A DNA stretch of 64,000 nucleotides from Picochlorum sp. SENEW3. Lineage: Eukaryota. The notes beneath the pieces were generated by a model. That model saw only the letters and a program-made list of their open reading frames with translations, was not told where the DNA came from and searched no databases. The translations under genes were made by a program, and so were the position numbers. The DNA lies in the NCBI GenBank assembly GCA_034226945.1, contig CP120456.1, positions 620,001-684,000 of the forward strand. Direction: 5' to 3'. Each line of letters starts with the position of its first letter. Positions within the stretch are counted from its first letter, which is position 1. This document shows, piece by piece, positions 10,815 to 23,900 of the stretch.

Positions 10815-12004
10815 ATGCCGATTGAAATATTCGAGAAGAAAGACCAAATGAGGTCGTACAGCCGCTCAAAACGGTCAAACGGTCTGCGAGTGGGCTTTGT
10901 ACCCACGATGGTGCGACATTCATGCTGATTGTCTCGTTGATTTATATAATGAATAGTCATATATATCTCTGTATAATGTTAGGGGTATTTGCACGAGGGC
11001 CATCTTTCTTTGCTGCGGGCAGCCAGGTTCGTCTCTTGCTTGTTCCAAGAACATGATCTCACGTTGATGAGGCATAACGTATCATTTTTCGGTACAGAGA
11101 GTCTTGTGACATTGTGATTGCTTCAATCTATGTCAATCCAACACAATTTTCGGTGCAAGAAGACTTCAGCATCTATCCTAAGAATATTGTATGTGCACTT
11201 ACATGATTGCAGTTTGTGATTGTCTGTCCTGGTATTAACATGTGTGTGTTGTTCTCTCTGCTTACAGGAAGAAGACATTGCAAAGTTGAAAAGCGTTTCA
11301 TGTGATGCGCTGTTTTTACCCTCAACATTGTACGTGTCTACTGAGGATGATTCCATGGTGGTTGGGGCAGAAGAAGTGGGAGAGAGGCATGGGCACAGCA
11401 CATGGGTAGACGTTGGATACCTGTCAGAGGGACTCTGTGCGTCCAGTAGACCTCATTTTTTCAGAGGTGTTGCCACAGTAGTAACAAAATTATTTAATAT
11501 TGTCGAGCCAGATGCGGCATTTTTTGGGAAAAAGGACTACCAGCAGTACAAGGTAATCTCCCGCCTCGTACGGGATTTAGATTTTGATATTGACATAGTT
11601 GGAGTATCAATCGAGAGAGAGGAGGACGGTTTAGCTATGAGTAGTCGAAATGCTCTTTTATCTCCAGATATGAGAGCAGTGGCATCCATCATATACCAGT
11701 CTCTATGTCGTGCGAAGGAGAGGAGCAGAAGAGAGGGACGCATTTCCGCAGAAACATTGACAACTGCAATTGGAGAGAGTATCAAAGGTGCGATAATTTC
11801 ATTTCATTTCTTTAAAATTCCGGATTACTTGCTCAAGAAATTTTTATATGAATCGATGTAGAGAAAGGTGGTATCGTTGATTATATCAATTTGGTAGACA
11901 AGGACAGTTTGACTCTTTTAGATGAAAGCAAAGAGGGAGCCTCGCTGATTGCGATTGCAGCATTCTTTGGACAAGTACGTCTCCTAGACAATATGGAATT
12001 GTGA
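10815..12004 (+). CDS. panC: Pantoate-beta-alanine ligase (pantothenate synthetase), spliced
   Basis: GFVPTM|GYLHEGHLSL; RPHFFRGVATVV; FGKKDYQQ; DGLAMSSRN; VRLLDN. Confidence 0.95.
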
Positions 12005-12019
12005 ATGCTATTTATCTAT

Positions 12020-13189
12020 CTATTTCGTTAATCTATCAACCACATCGCATGGAAGAGCAAGGGTAGGATCAATTGGTTTGAGCCCCTTATACCCCATCAA
12101 AGACAAGCCTGCAATGCCGAAAAACGTGTGATACACATCAACCTCATCTTCGGGTCTATCAGATATGCCTCCATCGATTTCATCCTGACAATCAAGAATG
12201 AAATCAATCAGCTTATTTTGGTCTATCCAGTGCAGTCTTTTCAGGATTGACAGTGCAGATAAGCACCACCAAGAGTAGCAGACATCCTGTAGTTTTTCTG
12301 GTCTGCCATTCAAACCACCAGAATCTGTCTGTCGCTCAGCCAGCCTGCATGGCACCAGGGAGTCCACAAAATGACAATCAGTAAACATTCATAGCAGTAT
12401 ATTCTTATTGTTGCGACAGTGACATCACGCACCACCAACACAGCAAATCTGTATCAATCCTATCCAGAGCGTTTGCAATGTCCAGTGCTGCTACACAGGT
12501 GAAAACTTGGCCTGCATGTGACTCATTTCCTGGGACAGATCCATACCCTCCATCAAAATTTTGACATTTAACTATAAACTCTACCGCACGTTTCATGTCA
12601 ATATCTTCTAACCGATTCAGAATCCTTAGCGAAGCTAATGCACAGTATGAAAATCGTGTATCCACCTCGCCAGTATGATCTCCAACAAAAGACCCATCTT
12701 CTTGCTGTAAACCTTTAATATCTGCAAAGCCCTTCATTATATTAGTTTCAACTCATCACAAAAAGAATTGATAATACGCACATAGGACGATTTTGTCCGC
12801 ATCCACAAGATGCAGGCTATCCAGCATGACCAAAATTTGCAGGGCACTCAAGGTGTACAAGAGGTGTGGATCGTTCCTCTCGCTTGCTCCAAATCCACCA
12901 CAATCCTTGTAATAACTCATCACCCAATCCAAAAGCTCACTCTTATCCAGTGAATCGTCTGTTCCGAGCAAATACAGAGCAGAAAGACCCCAATACACTC
13001 CACTCAAACGAAAGTGCTCCGTCGCATAATACTCGAAAGACGTCGTATTCTACAAGCATGGTCAAGTATGAAACATTATCTTAGCCCATAAAGGAATTAG
13101 AGTGGATGATCGCAACAGACCTTGCTTATCTTAACGACATAACTTGTATGCAACTCCGTGAGGAGAACCTCGCGACCTTGCCTCACCAT
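12020..13189 (-). CDS. RABGGTB: Rab geranylgeranyltransferase (GGTase-II) beta subunit, spliced
   Basis: [48 protein letters not shown]. Confidence 0.95.
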
Positions 13190-13237
13190 AGGTCCGCTTG
13201 TATGATATGAGTCATTAAATATTTGTGAATAATTTAT

Positions 13238-14567
13238 TCATTTGCCTAGAGCTGGTCCGCAGAATGTAAGAGTGATAAGAAGTGCCTCCTCTGTTCTGAT
13301 GGTCCTCGAGCCTTGGTCAGGGCAGACATTCAAATATCTATCGAATAGAGTCGATGGCTCAGAATGCTTTGCTGACAATGGATCGTTTTCTAGACAGTAC
13401 TCAAGACCTTGGGGCCCACCAATGACTATCAATGCATGTTTGTAGTTTGGAAAGGCTAGGGAGCAGCAGTCAACTTGCTCACCTCTTTCCGACGTGCCTA
13501 TTGTCAAATCATATCCTCCTGCATGTAATACAACCAAACACAGTCATCTCGACCACGTAAAATTGAATCAACGACATCTATTTTGTATCCCACCTTCGAA
13601 TGGTCCCTCATGGAGCATACCATCGATATTTTTGGCAAGACGAACTGAATATCCCCAATACTTTCCACTTTTGCTCTTTGGATCTGCACAAGGAAATCTT
13701 TCTATTAGCATGGATCACCCATCCATGAGCGAGTCCGTAAAATTCTTTCACAAGCTTTCGTACCAAGAGGATTTGATAAGTAACCCCGAAGATATTCTGT
13801 ATCATTCAAAGAAACAATCTGCTCTTTGGGCCCCAAATACAAAGTCACTCGTACTCCTGTTGGCAACCGAGAGTCCACAACAGCATTCTGCATCGAATAC
13901 AAAGTGAATAAAAGATATACTCTTGTTTTAGTTTTCATATGTGTGTAATATCAACATACTTTGTCCAATCCAATGTCGATAATGGATTCGCTAAGGCCTT
14001 CATCAAACCCCCAAACAACACCCTCCCTGTATTCACACCATTCATTAGATCTCATATGGTGCGGTGCATCCAAGGGGGGCAGCATTCCAGCAAACTTCAA
14101 ATCAGGGTGCATTGGAATCAGAGCCCTGCAAAGGATCGTGCACGACGATTACATGAACAGATTATGTGAAAAGGTGTGTCACACTCAACATACTTCCTTA
14201 GATACTGTGGTGTCTCCATGAACTGCAACACACGGGCAAACAGAGCCGAGGCGGCACTGATTTCCTCATTCCCATATTTCGGACCGTCGTCAAGAACTAT
14301 GACTTCATCAATATTGAATATGGCAGCTGCTCTTGCAAGTTGACCGGCTAACAGCGTACCCAAGTCCTGACTCTGTGCATTTTCGATACACGATGCACCA
14401 ATTGCAACAGAGACGGTACGTGTTACACTACATATGTTATTTCATTGATCCATTAGTACGGTTATCCTGTGCATCGGGGTGGAATTGCCTCATAACAGGC
14501 ATGCGGCATGTTTGCCATGCAGCAATACTTACCCGAAAGAATCTGTCTCTTTCTGTTTATCTCCCAT
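13238..14567 (-). CDS. SPOUT1: SPOUT-family RNA methyltransferase (C9orf114/SPOUT1-like), spliced
   Basis: GQLARAAAIFNIDEVIV; ETPQYLRK; IGTSERG; QGSRTIRTEEA. Confidence 0.92.
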
Positions 14568-14694
14568 CTGTATAGTTAAAATTCATACACTTATAATTAA
14601 TATTATGACACTTTAGTTTTAGATATGGCAAAATCAAAGTAGACACTTCGAAGTTGAGACAGATGGAGCTGTTTTTCAAACCAAGAGATCCACT

Positions 14695-16179
14695 TCATTT
14701 CCGTATGATATTCATCAAAGAGCCATCCTTTCTATATCTGTAAGTCAATACACTGTGAATGAACCACAAAAGAGCCAGTGTGATACCCCCACAAGCAAAT
14801 AAAACCATTCCTGATTGGTACTCCAACAGTGGGTCCAACTTGTGTATGGCAACTCCTGTGGTGGCCTTTCCGACATCCGAGTTTAAATAAATTGGCAGGA
14901 ATATTCCTGTACCATCCTCTGGTAATTCAATCTGCAATAGTTTTGGCTTGAAATTTACTGCAGATATCTCTGCAGAGTAGCGTCCTGGTGCCAGTGGGCG
15001 GTGAAATCTGCCAGTTGTCCTATCTGAGGTTGTGTTCAGTTCACTCGCACCTATCCGTATTGTTGCGGCGATAGGAATGTTTTCCTTTATTTTCCTCGAA
15101 GATTGAATGCCGTATACGACACCCGTAAATCCTCCATGAGCTGATCTCAGAATAAAATCAATCATAGCTATGCGGTTATCTTCAAACATGCTGGACAGGA
15201 GAGATTCATGTGGCCATTTGTTCTCGCTCACTTCCAGAGTCAACTCCATACAATTAGCAACTACATAGTTCCAGTCTTGCATGCTGCCATAAATTGGATA
15301 CCAAGCAGCACCATTTGTGATTCCCCCATTCGGAAACTCCTTATTACTCGCGAGTGACATCTTCCGATGCGTTGTGGCATATTTTGTGGCAAGATACCTA
15401 AATGTCGAATCGTCTGGACAAGCTTGATACTTTGTAGATTTATCTTCTGTCCCGTCCCACGGATAATTTGCGACCAGAGCACCCTCATGAATTGCCAAGC
15501 TTGAAACAAAAGGACCCTTCTCCAGAATCCAGTCCATCATCAGCTGCGTCTCAATTTGCTCTTTCCCAGACCTTTCCATAGATTTAGAAGAAAATCTGTC
15601 CGGGAAATCCCTGTTCAGGTCGACACCCTTGGAGTTTTCTCTCTGCTTTTTCTCAAAACCATCCGGATTCATTGTGGGAATCAGCCACAAATCCACCTTA
15701 CTAAGTACGTCAGATGCTTTCGAATCCTTTTCCATCATATCACAAAGCCACTCGGCTAGAGCTACAGTAAATACCCTACCAGAAGGCTCATCTCCATGCA
15801 CATTCCCAATAATCTTGACCTTTGGAAGGACCCCACCTTTCCCAACTGCTTTCGAAACACGAATCGCATTTATCGTCTTTTGAAGGGTAGACTTGCCTAT
15901 CTTCTCTACCTTGATAATCTTTTTACACCGTTTCTCTAATCCACGCAAGCGCTCCGCCAATTCCAAGGTCCCGTGATACTTCCATAACTGACCATCCTCA
16001 CCTCTCCAAACAGCCTCCTTCTTTGTCGGTATCCGCCCCCTCCTTTTATCATCTATATTTCTGAAATATGATGGATCAAGATCTTTGCCACCAGCATAAT
16101 TGACACAAAAACTTTGAACCAGCAACCAAATAAGTACCGGTAAAGACCCTACAACTCTAAAGCGTTGCAATCTCCACAT
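14695..16179 (-). CDS. M14 zinc carboxypeptidase (CPD/SOL1-like) with signal peptide and C-terminal TM helix
   Basis: GNVHGDE; NPDG; DLNRDFP; HEGALVANYPWD; GSMQDWNY; ELTLE. Confidence 0.93.
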   Translation of the reverse strand: MWRLQRFRVVGSLPVLIWLLVQSFCVNYAGGKDLDPSYFRNIDDKRRGRIPTKKEAVWRGEDGQLWKYHGTLELAERLRGLEKRCKKIIKVEKIGKSTLQKTINAIRVSKAVGKGGVLPKVKIIGNVHGDEPSGRVFTVALAEWLCDMMEKDSKASDVLSKVDLWLIPTMNPDGFEKKQRENSKGVDLNRDFPDRFSSKSMERSGKEQIETQLMMDWILEKGPFVSSLAIHEGALVANYPWDGTEDKSTKYQACPDDSTFRYLATKYATTHRKMSLASNKEFPNGGITNGAAWYPIYGSMQDWNYVVANCMELTLEVSENKWPHESLLSSMFEDNRIAMIDFILRSAHGGFTGVVYGIQSSRKIKENIPIAATIRIGASELNTTSDRTTGRFHRPLAPGRYSAEISAVNFKPKLLQIELPEDGTGIFLPIYLNSDVGKATTGVAIHKLDPLLEYQSGMVLFACGGITLALLWFIHSVLTYRYRKDGSLMNIIRK

Positions 16180-16415
16180 TCCATGTAGATGTATTGCATG
16201 TGAAGATTGATTTTGTCAAAAAAGATACCAGGATCCTGAATGAACATCCCTGTCAGAGGAAACGTTTCACACGCGATTGTTTTAATTCGAATTGAAGGAG
16301 TCTCTCTTGAATCCGGATCAATCTTGATGAACAGAACATAAATTGCTGGGCGATCAATGTATCTTTTCATATGCATACATACGATAGCTATAGCTGAACT
16401 TGATTTCATGAATCG

Positions 16416-17642
16416 ATGCTCGGACCCGAGACCATTCCAGACTATGCAGACTCGCAGGAGGACAGAGTACACCATCATGCACATGCTGGTACATTAGAAG
16501 GTCATGATGGGCCAGTTTTATCTGTTAGATTCACTAGAGATGGGTCGTATTGCCTTTCAACGGGAAAGGTGTGCATAGTTGGCACCCACTGGTCTTCTGA
16601 CCAAAGACTACTTATTACTCATTCGCAACTTCCCTTGTGCATATACAGGATCAGACTATTAGGCTATGGAATCCACATACACAGATGAGTATATCGCAGT
16701 ATTTGGGTCATATGTATGACGTGAGGGATGTGTCTTGCACAGCTGACAACAGCAAGTAGGTTGAATCTCGATGTTTCAATTCAACAATCATGCTTGTATG
16801 TGACGTATGTGGTTTGTTCAGGTTTGTCTCGTGCGGAGGTGATCGTCAGATATTTCAGTGGGATGTCGTGACGGGGAAGCCTGTTCGAAAGTTTAGAGGG
16901 CATGACAGTGATGTGAATTCGGTATGAGGATGAGTTTGCACTCAGATGGGCATATTTTCCTGATTGGCTGAAAAACATGATACTACGCAGGTTTGCCATA
17001 GTGATAATTGTGAGGTTGTTGTATCTGGTGGCTATGATCAGACTGTTCGAGTCTGGGACTGTCGATCCAGATCCATAGATGCTGTACAAATCATGAAGGT
17101 CTGCCAGGACAGCGTCATGTCAGTACAGTGTTTGAACACGTGCGTATTACTGATGTATTAGTTGCATCTTCCCAACGAAATGACGCAAATTTATATACCC
17201 TATGCCGTGCAGTGGAGATATTATAGCTGGGAGCGTCGATGGAACTGTGAGGAGATTTGATGTGAGACATGGTGCTGTTGTGACCGATCTTGTTCATCAC
17301 CCTGTGACATTTGTTCAAGTGTCCAATGATAACAGATATATTCTTTCTTGCTGTATGGACAATTGCATTCGAATGCTGGACAAGGAAGGAGGACAACTGC
17401 TCAACACATACATTGGTCATCACCATTCATATGCCAAAATAGAGGCCATTTTCACCCCTGATGAGACATGCGTTGTTGGATGTTCCGAGGATGGTAAGAT
17501 ATTCTTCTGGGATACTGTTGGATCCAAGGTTATAGAAATTATCGAAGCTCATTCGTCTGTTGTCACAAGTATGGCCATCCACCCATCTGGATCCATGCTG
17601 CTCTCTGCATCAGTAGATGGGATGGTCAAAATATGGAGATAG
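16416..17642 (+). CDS. WD40-repeat protein, WDR83/MORG1-like, spliced
   Basis: GHDGPVLSVRF; SGGYDQTVRVWDCRSRS; GSVDGTVRRFDVR. Confidence 0.85.
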
Positions 17643-17870
17643 GCATGAAAAGATCTCAAATATAATTCAACAATTGTTTTGATCTGATGAAAACATAGAG
17701 AGAAAGTTGCTTGTATCGTTGTATTCCAGGACCCCCTGGTTTTGATCAAGATCGGGTGCTTTCGTGAAAGAGAGGCAGTGAAAAGGCGGGCGAGCGCTTC
17801 AACAAATTCAGTCAAGATTAAGAAGCCTGGGAAAATTACTCCGAGTAAGTCGTTTTCGAACGGCTGGAAA

Positions 17871-19311
17871 ATGAAGCCGAACGGTGGGAATCAACGAGTT
17901 GACACGTTCGCAAGGTACGTTTGCTTCGCTTGTGGGTGTGATTTTCTGTATTATGTAATATTTCTTTGTCTCCAGGATGCGCACAAAGATTTTCGTTGGC
18001 ATTTTTGTCGTCTTTGTGACGGCAACCTTTTTGCTCCCAAACAAGCTGCTTGGTGGTACTCCTGGCTTTCCATCCGTTCCCACACAGGTAAGGAACAAGG
18101 ATACATCAGAAGATAGCAGCTATGCAGTTGTCATTGATGCAGGGAGTACTGGAAGTAGAGTTCATGTGTTCAAGTTTCTCCACGTCCGTGGAGAATTGGA
18201 ACTTAACTTTGATGAATTTGAGCAGCTAAAGCCTGGGCTCAGTTCATATGCCGATAATCCGGAAGATGCGGCAAAGTCATTGCAGCCATTATTAGAAAAG
18301 GCACTTGCAACAGTGCCAAAGTCAAAACAAACGTCCACACCCATCATGGTGGGAGCAACAGCTGGATTGAGGCTTCTGCCTGATGGTAAAGCTGATGTGA
18401 TTTTGGATCATGTGACACAGTATTTGAAAGAATATCCGTTCAAATTTGCCGAGAATGATGTCCAGATATTGAGTGGTCAGAATGAAGGAGCTTTTGCCTG
18501 GTTGACATTGAATTATTTGTTAGGAAACCTTGGAAGACCATATGATGAGACGGTTGCTGCTATTGACTTGGGAGGTGGCAGTGTACAGCAAGCCTTCGCA
18601 ATGGGACCAAATGAGATTAAAAAGGCACCAAAGCAAGATTACATCACAACCTTGCGTGGAGGAGGGAAAGAATACAGCGTCTATGTCCACAGTTATTTGG
18701 GGTATGGTCTCATGGCAGCTCGAGCTGCTGTATTGGAAATTGACCCAAATGGGCCCCAAGATGACTCACATCCTTGTATTCACGAAGGCTACAATGGAAC
18801 ATACACGTATGGCAGCGATAACTTGGTGGCTCAGGGCCATGATGATGGTGCCCAGCATGATCAGTGCATGGCCACGGTTTTGTCAGCATTGAAGAAGGAC
18901 GAGAAATGCGGTGCGCCACAGCCCCAATGCTCTTTCCAAGGTGCTTGGAGTGGCTCTCGTATTCCTGAGATATTTTATGTATCTTCGTACTTTTGGGATA
19001 GAGCAGCTGATGCTGGTTTGTTAGATGATGACAAGGCCACTCAAGCAGTAGTCTCCCCAAAGCACTTTAAAGACCATGCAGAAGAAGCTTGTGATATGGA
19101 CGTGAAATCTGTGAAGAAGACATATCCAAGAATTCAGGAAGAGCATTCACCATATTTCTGCTTAGACTTGACATATGCCCACACCCTTTTGACCACAGGG
19201 TTTAAAATCCCAGAAGATAGAGAGATTACTCTGGTCAAAAAGGTCAAGTATAAAGGTGAATATGTGGAGACAGCCTGGGCATTGGGAGCAGCAATAAACA
19301 TGCTTTCATAA
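17871..19311 (+). CDS. Apyrase / NTPDase (GDA1/CD39 family) with N-terminal membrane anchor
   Basis: Apyrase conserved regions IDAGSTGSR, ATAGLRLL, EGAFAW, DLGGGSVQ, WALG; short first exon from 17871. Confidence 0.95.
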
Positions 19312-19436
19312 ATAGCACACTGGTGTATGATAGAGGTGGCCCCCTCCCAAACTCAAACTTGGTTAGATCGCCACGCTATATGTATATATATGACATATTT
19401 CATGTATCTTTATTTATGTATTGTTACAAAATATCA

Positions 19437-20510
19437 TTACAAGGCGGGTCTCGTACCAATTCCGCCTGGTGGCGGTGGTGATGTTGGAGCTTTGTTTGCA
19501 GCATTAGCGAGAGGCTTTGTTTCTTGATCAACTGTGGAAGAAAAAGGTAAAGGAGCATTGGTGGATCGTATCTTTTCTATCTTAATCTGAGAGTACATGA
19601 TGAAACCAAGCATCGCCATACCGCAGCCAACCATCATTTTTGGTGTGAATTCTTTTCCCTCATCTAATATCAGGGCAGACAGGATCAACAGGCCAACTAT
19701 TTTGATCTCTCCCAACACAGTCGTAGTAACTGCTGAACTCTTTTTGATCATCAACGAGTGCACTAGATTATATGTGACAGCATTAATGCTGCTCACCAGC
19801 AAGATACCAACAACACTGTTGAAGTTCTCTGCCAGATATATTTGAAAATCACCCAATTCCCTCCATGCCATGAATGGCACCAAACAAACCAGTGATACCG
19901 GTGCAGTATAAAAGGTCAATCGGACAACATCTAATTTTTCTGACAACAGCTTGCCGCTGAATGTCATCATGGCTCCATTGCACACAGTTCCAATAATGCA
20001 GAATAAGATTGCATGAGGCTTGCCAGCAATTGTACCTTGCCACACGGCAATCATCACTCCCACAGTCAAAATTACCAAAGAAGTCACTTCCTTATGCGTG
20101 GGAATCTTTCCCTCCACAACAATTGCCAACAAACACGTCACCACAGGTATAGATGACCGAATAACTTGATTCAGTGACAAACTAATATCCAAAAGGGAAA
20201 TATTATTCAATGCGATATTCAGAGCCATAAACGATCCAATGTATAAGATACCTTTCCATTGCTTCTCCAAAGTTCTCACATGCGTCTCGAACGGAATTCT
20301 TAACGCAAATGGAGACAAGACAATGAAACTAAAGGACATGTGTGAACAAGTCAAAGCCAACGGGTATGCCAGACCATAATGCCCCAATGCCCACTTGTTT
20401 AACAAATTTAACGATGTATTCAGTGTCAAATATACAGCGATCAATAGAACCAAACTAGCTGTCGTTCCCTTACTACCATTATTCACACTGCCACACTCAA
20501 ACAGAGACAT
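19437..20510 (-). CDS. Nucleotide-sugar / triose-phosphate transporter family (DMT) protein
   Basis: About 10 hydrophobic segments; LNLLNKW, YPLALT, SAVTTTVLGEIK. Confidence 0.88.
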   Translation of the reverse strand: MSLFECGSVNNGSKGTTASLVLLIAVYLTLNTSLNLLNKWALGHYGLAYPLALTCSHMSFSFIVLSPFALRIPFETHVRTLEKQWKGILYIGSFMALNIALNNISLLDISLSLNQVIRSSIPVVTCLLAIVVEGKIPTHKEVTSLVILTVGVMIAVWQGTIAGKPHAILFCIIGTVCNGAMMTFSGKLLSEKLDVVRLTFYTAPVSLVCLVPFMAWRELGDFQIYLAENFNSVVGILLVSSINAVTYNLVHSLMIKKSSAVTTTVLGEIKIVGLLILSALILDEGKEFTPKMMVGCGMAMLGFIMYSQIKIEKIRSTNAPLPFSSTVDQETKPLANAANKAPTSPPPPGGIGTRPAL

Positions 20511-20904
20511 GGTCGCTCGTTGCTATGCTACTTTTTGACAATGGCGAATCTGAAGGAATTAAACTTGCTTACAAAGGAGAAACAATAATTCTGGCAACTT
20601 GAAGTACGCCAGAATCGCCCGGTCTGCGGTGCGAGTCCGAATCAGAGTGGAGGAGGATCTGCTTCGATCTGCACGGCCAGCGACAATCACTGGTTTCCTG
20701 GGCTCATACCGAATCTTTCACAATTGATTGAAAAGTTTTCAGAGTACGCGTACCGTTTTGCGTTGTAACACTAACCTTCAAACCAATCATGCGCAAGAGA
20801 CCAAAGTATTTCGATCTGTTTCAATATCCAAAACAAGGAGCACGGGTGTTAGTTGTTGTTATCAGCAGGGACTCTTTCCATCGCTTGTGATAGAATAGTT
20901 AATA

Positions 20905-23900
20905 ATGGAGGATGATAATTCTCCCGATGGAGTGGGCAGCCAGAGGAGTGGCATGAAAGAGCACGACAGCAGAGCTGACGTTGCCACAGTTGTAGACGCA
21001 TTGAGACCCTTGCAGGTGAGAGCAAGTCAGATACAGAGCCAAGCTGTTAAAGATCAAGAATCTCGTGTACAGAGATGGGAGCATTCGGAGAAACCTGTGT
21101 TACGCGACCATGCGATGGGGCTGAAAGAGACTATGCAGTTGTTGGCAAAGGAGGAAGTAGTTTTGAAGCAGCGGGTATCGGATCTTGAGACAAGCACTGT
21201 CAGAAATCACCCAGGAACTAGCACTGGATTTAATGTGATACGGTCGCGGGTTGATTCATGTGGAAAGCCGCTGGAGACTGAGAGTTTAAAGAAGGAAAGA
21301 GATCGACTCTTGGCTGCTCTGAGGAAATTCGACGCTGAAATTGCTTCTGCAAAGGCGGAGATTGCAACGTGTAGGAATTCTAAGGGTACAGATAAAAAAG
21401 GTCATGTCGGGCGAGGTGATGGAGATGAGATGGAGATATGGGAGACAAAGCTGGTAGCCATGCAGGTAGGTGGGCTGCTTGGAGGTGTTTGGATAAGAAG
21501 GTTAATTGATATGGTTTTTTGTGACGTTGCAGGATACGAAGAGAGTGTATCATGATGAAATCAATCTTATCGAGGTTGAGTTGCTGGGGCGTGAACATTA
21601 TGAAAGAATGGAGAGAGATCGTCAGCGGGCAGAGGAGACTGGTCTGGCTCAACTGCAGCGGTTGCAGGAAAACATGTTGCAAACTAGGCTAAAATACAAC
21701 AAGGCTAAGCATCGTTATTACTTTCCAGAGGAAAAAGGTTTCAATATTACCTTCGGGGGTGGAGGCATATTCGGCGCATGCAAAGATATCTGTATATCTG
21801 AGATTCATGGAAATCTGAAAATCGTAGCCGAGCCTGGAGAGTTTGGCTCGAAAGGTCCAATCACGCCTGCAAGGGTGGTTGTGACGTTTCAGGCTGCCAC
21901 AAAGCCGGAAAATGGGAAAATGCAGCCTGAGAAATCACCATCAAGGAAGCCTCAAAACAATGATGCATGTGAGAATCAGCATGCTGAGCAGCCAGTGAAG
22001 AGCTCCATGGAAGAGTCGTTGCATACATCAGATACACCGATGGAAGCAAAGTCCCAAATTGACCGACAAGAAGATGCGTTACCAAAACGGTTTGGAAAAA
22101 ACGAGGAAAAAGTGTCAAACCCCCCACCAAGGGGATTTGCCAAACGATTTTTGAACAGACTGGGTAGAAAGAAAGAGAAATACCAAGGCAGGGATCCATC
22201 TCGACTGGAGCCACTTCCAGAAGACAGTCAAGTTGATCTTCCAAAGAGATCTCTGGCTAGAAAATTACTTTCGAGGAGGGCGGGTAGGTCTTCCAAGAAG
22301 CACCATTCCAGTGTCGATTTAGATAGATTAACCTTTGGAGGTAATAACCTGGATTCTGCCAATAGTAATGTGGGCATGTCATCAGTATGTGATGACGAAT
22401 CTCTGAGAGATAGTGTAGATTTTGATTCCAAAAGCGATATAGAGCCTTGTGATCAAGGACAGGATGAAGCCCTTGCATCAGCAGGCAGTGATATTGCTGA
22501 GCATCCAGAATCTCCTCTCACTCGAGAAGTACTGGAGAAGGCTGCCAACATGAATATATCTGTGGACGAGGGGTCTCTTGCCGAGAATAGGAAGAGCCCC
22601 AGACCAGTCTCAAAATCGTTCAGAATTTCAAGTGCAAGAACCATGAGCAAAGGTAGTTGGCTGTTGGATTCTGTTGGGTCAGAGTCCTACGGGGCATTTG
22701 ATGATGATGGATCTGTAGTTGAAGTAGATGATCCAGATATTGATGGAGAGGACATTTCAGAGGGAGAACGAGCAATTGGTGGAATGCAGGGAGTGTACTG
22801 CAATGGTAGATTATCTGGGTTTGAGTTGATCGGAGAGAAAGGCTCTAAAGTTCCTAACCTTACCATAGGAAAAGCTGATGTCAGCGCAACAGTATTTGTT
22901 CGTTTCGTGTTTGAGTATGATAAAGATTATGGCTGGCGACCTGGGCAGAAACCGGAGGACAAACCAAAATTTCATGTGGAAAAATTAAGGTATAGCATAG
23001 AAGGCAACAATGTTCCCATGCCGCCAACATTAATCAAGCATATTCTCCGAGTAGCCATTCCAGGGTTGATCCAAAGGCGCCTTCTCGCTCTGCTTCCAAA
23101 AGAACTTGGCGAATATGTCCAGACTGCGCGAAGGGGATTTACGTTTGAAGCGGATGTTGGCCTTGTGGGACCACCATTGGCCGTATTGGATGCTGACATT
23201 GGGTTTGAAATCACAGGACCAGCAAAATCAGCAAAAGAGGCAAAGAAACAACAGGCAAAATTTGAAGCAGCTAAAGAAGCTAGAACCTTATTGGGATTAA
23301 ACTTACCCCAAGCTCAAATACTGTCTGAACTATTTGACGGCAAGCTTGCCATCATGCAGCCACCACGAACTGCTTCGATTTCGAACCTTATATCTTTCGA
23401 AGCAAAGTATGATGCACATCCAAAACTATTCCAACAGCTATGCACAGTCATCAACGCAGCATATCATATGGTTGCCAATACAGTTGGTCAAGCAGAAGTT
23501 TCAAATTTTTCTTTCCTGGAATTTATGGATGCCGTTGTCAGCAAAGTGAGGAAAAAGCCAGCGAAAGCGCGAGTAGTTGTGAAGAATTTCGATATTTCTG
23601 TCAATGCAGATGCAGTAGTGACAGCTATTCACGATTTTACGCAGAGAACAATCGAAGAACTTGTAGTCAAAGGGCCATTGTCTGACTCTCATGCAACTCT
23701 GGAGTCGATGAAGGAAAGCATAGCTGAAGATCTGGATGTTTTACATGCATGGCATGTATTCGCTCTTCGAGAATTGGATCATTTTAAATCAAAATTCAAG
23801 ACAGCCGGGGGCACAGTCCTTCTTGCTGCAGATAGGAACGGAGTGGTGGCAGGAATTGAGAACAGTCATTATGAGGGACCGCTACGCCTTCGGCTACCAG

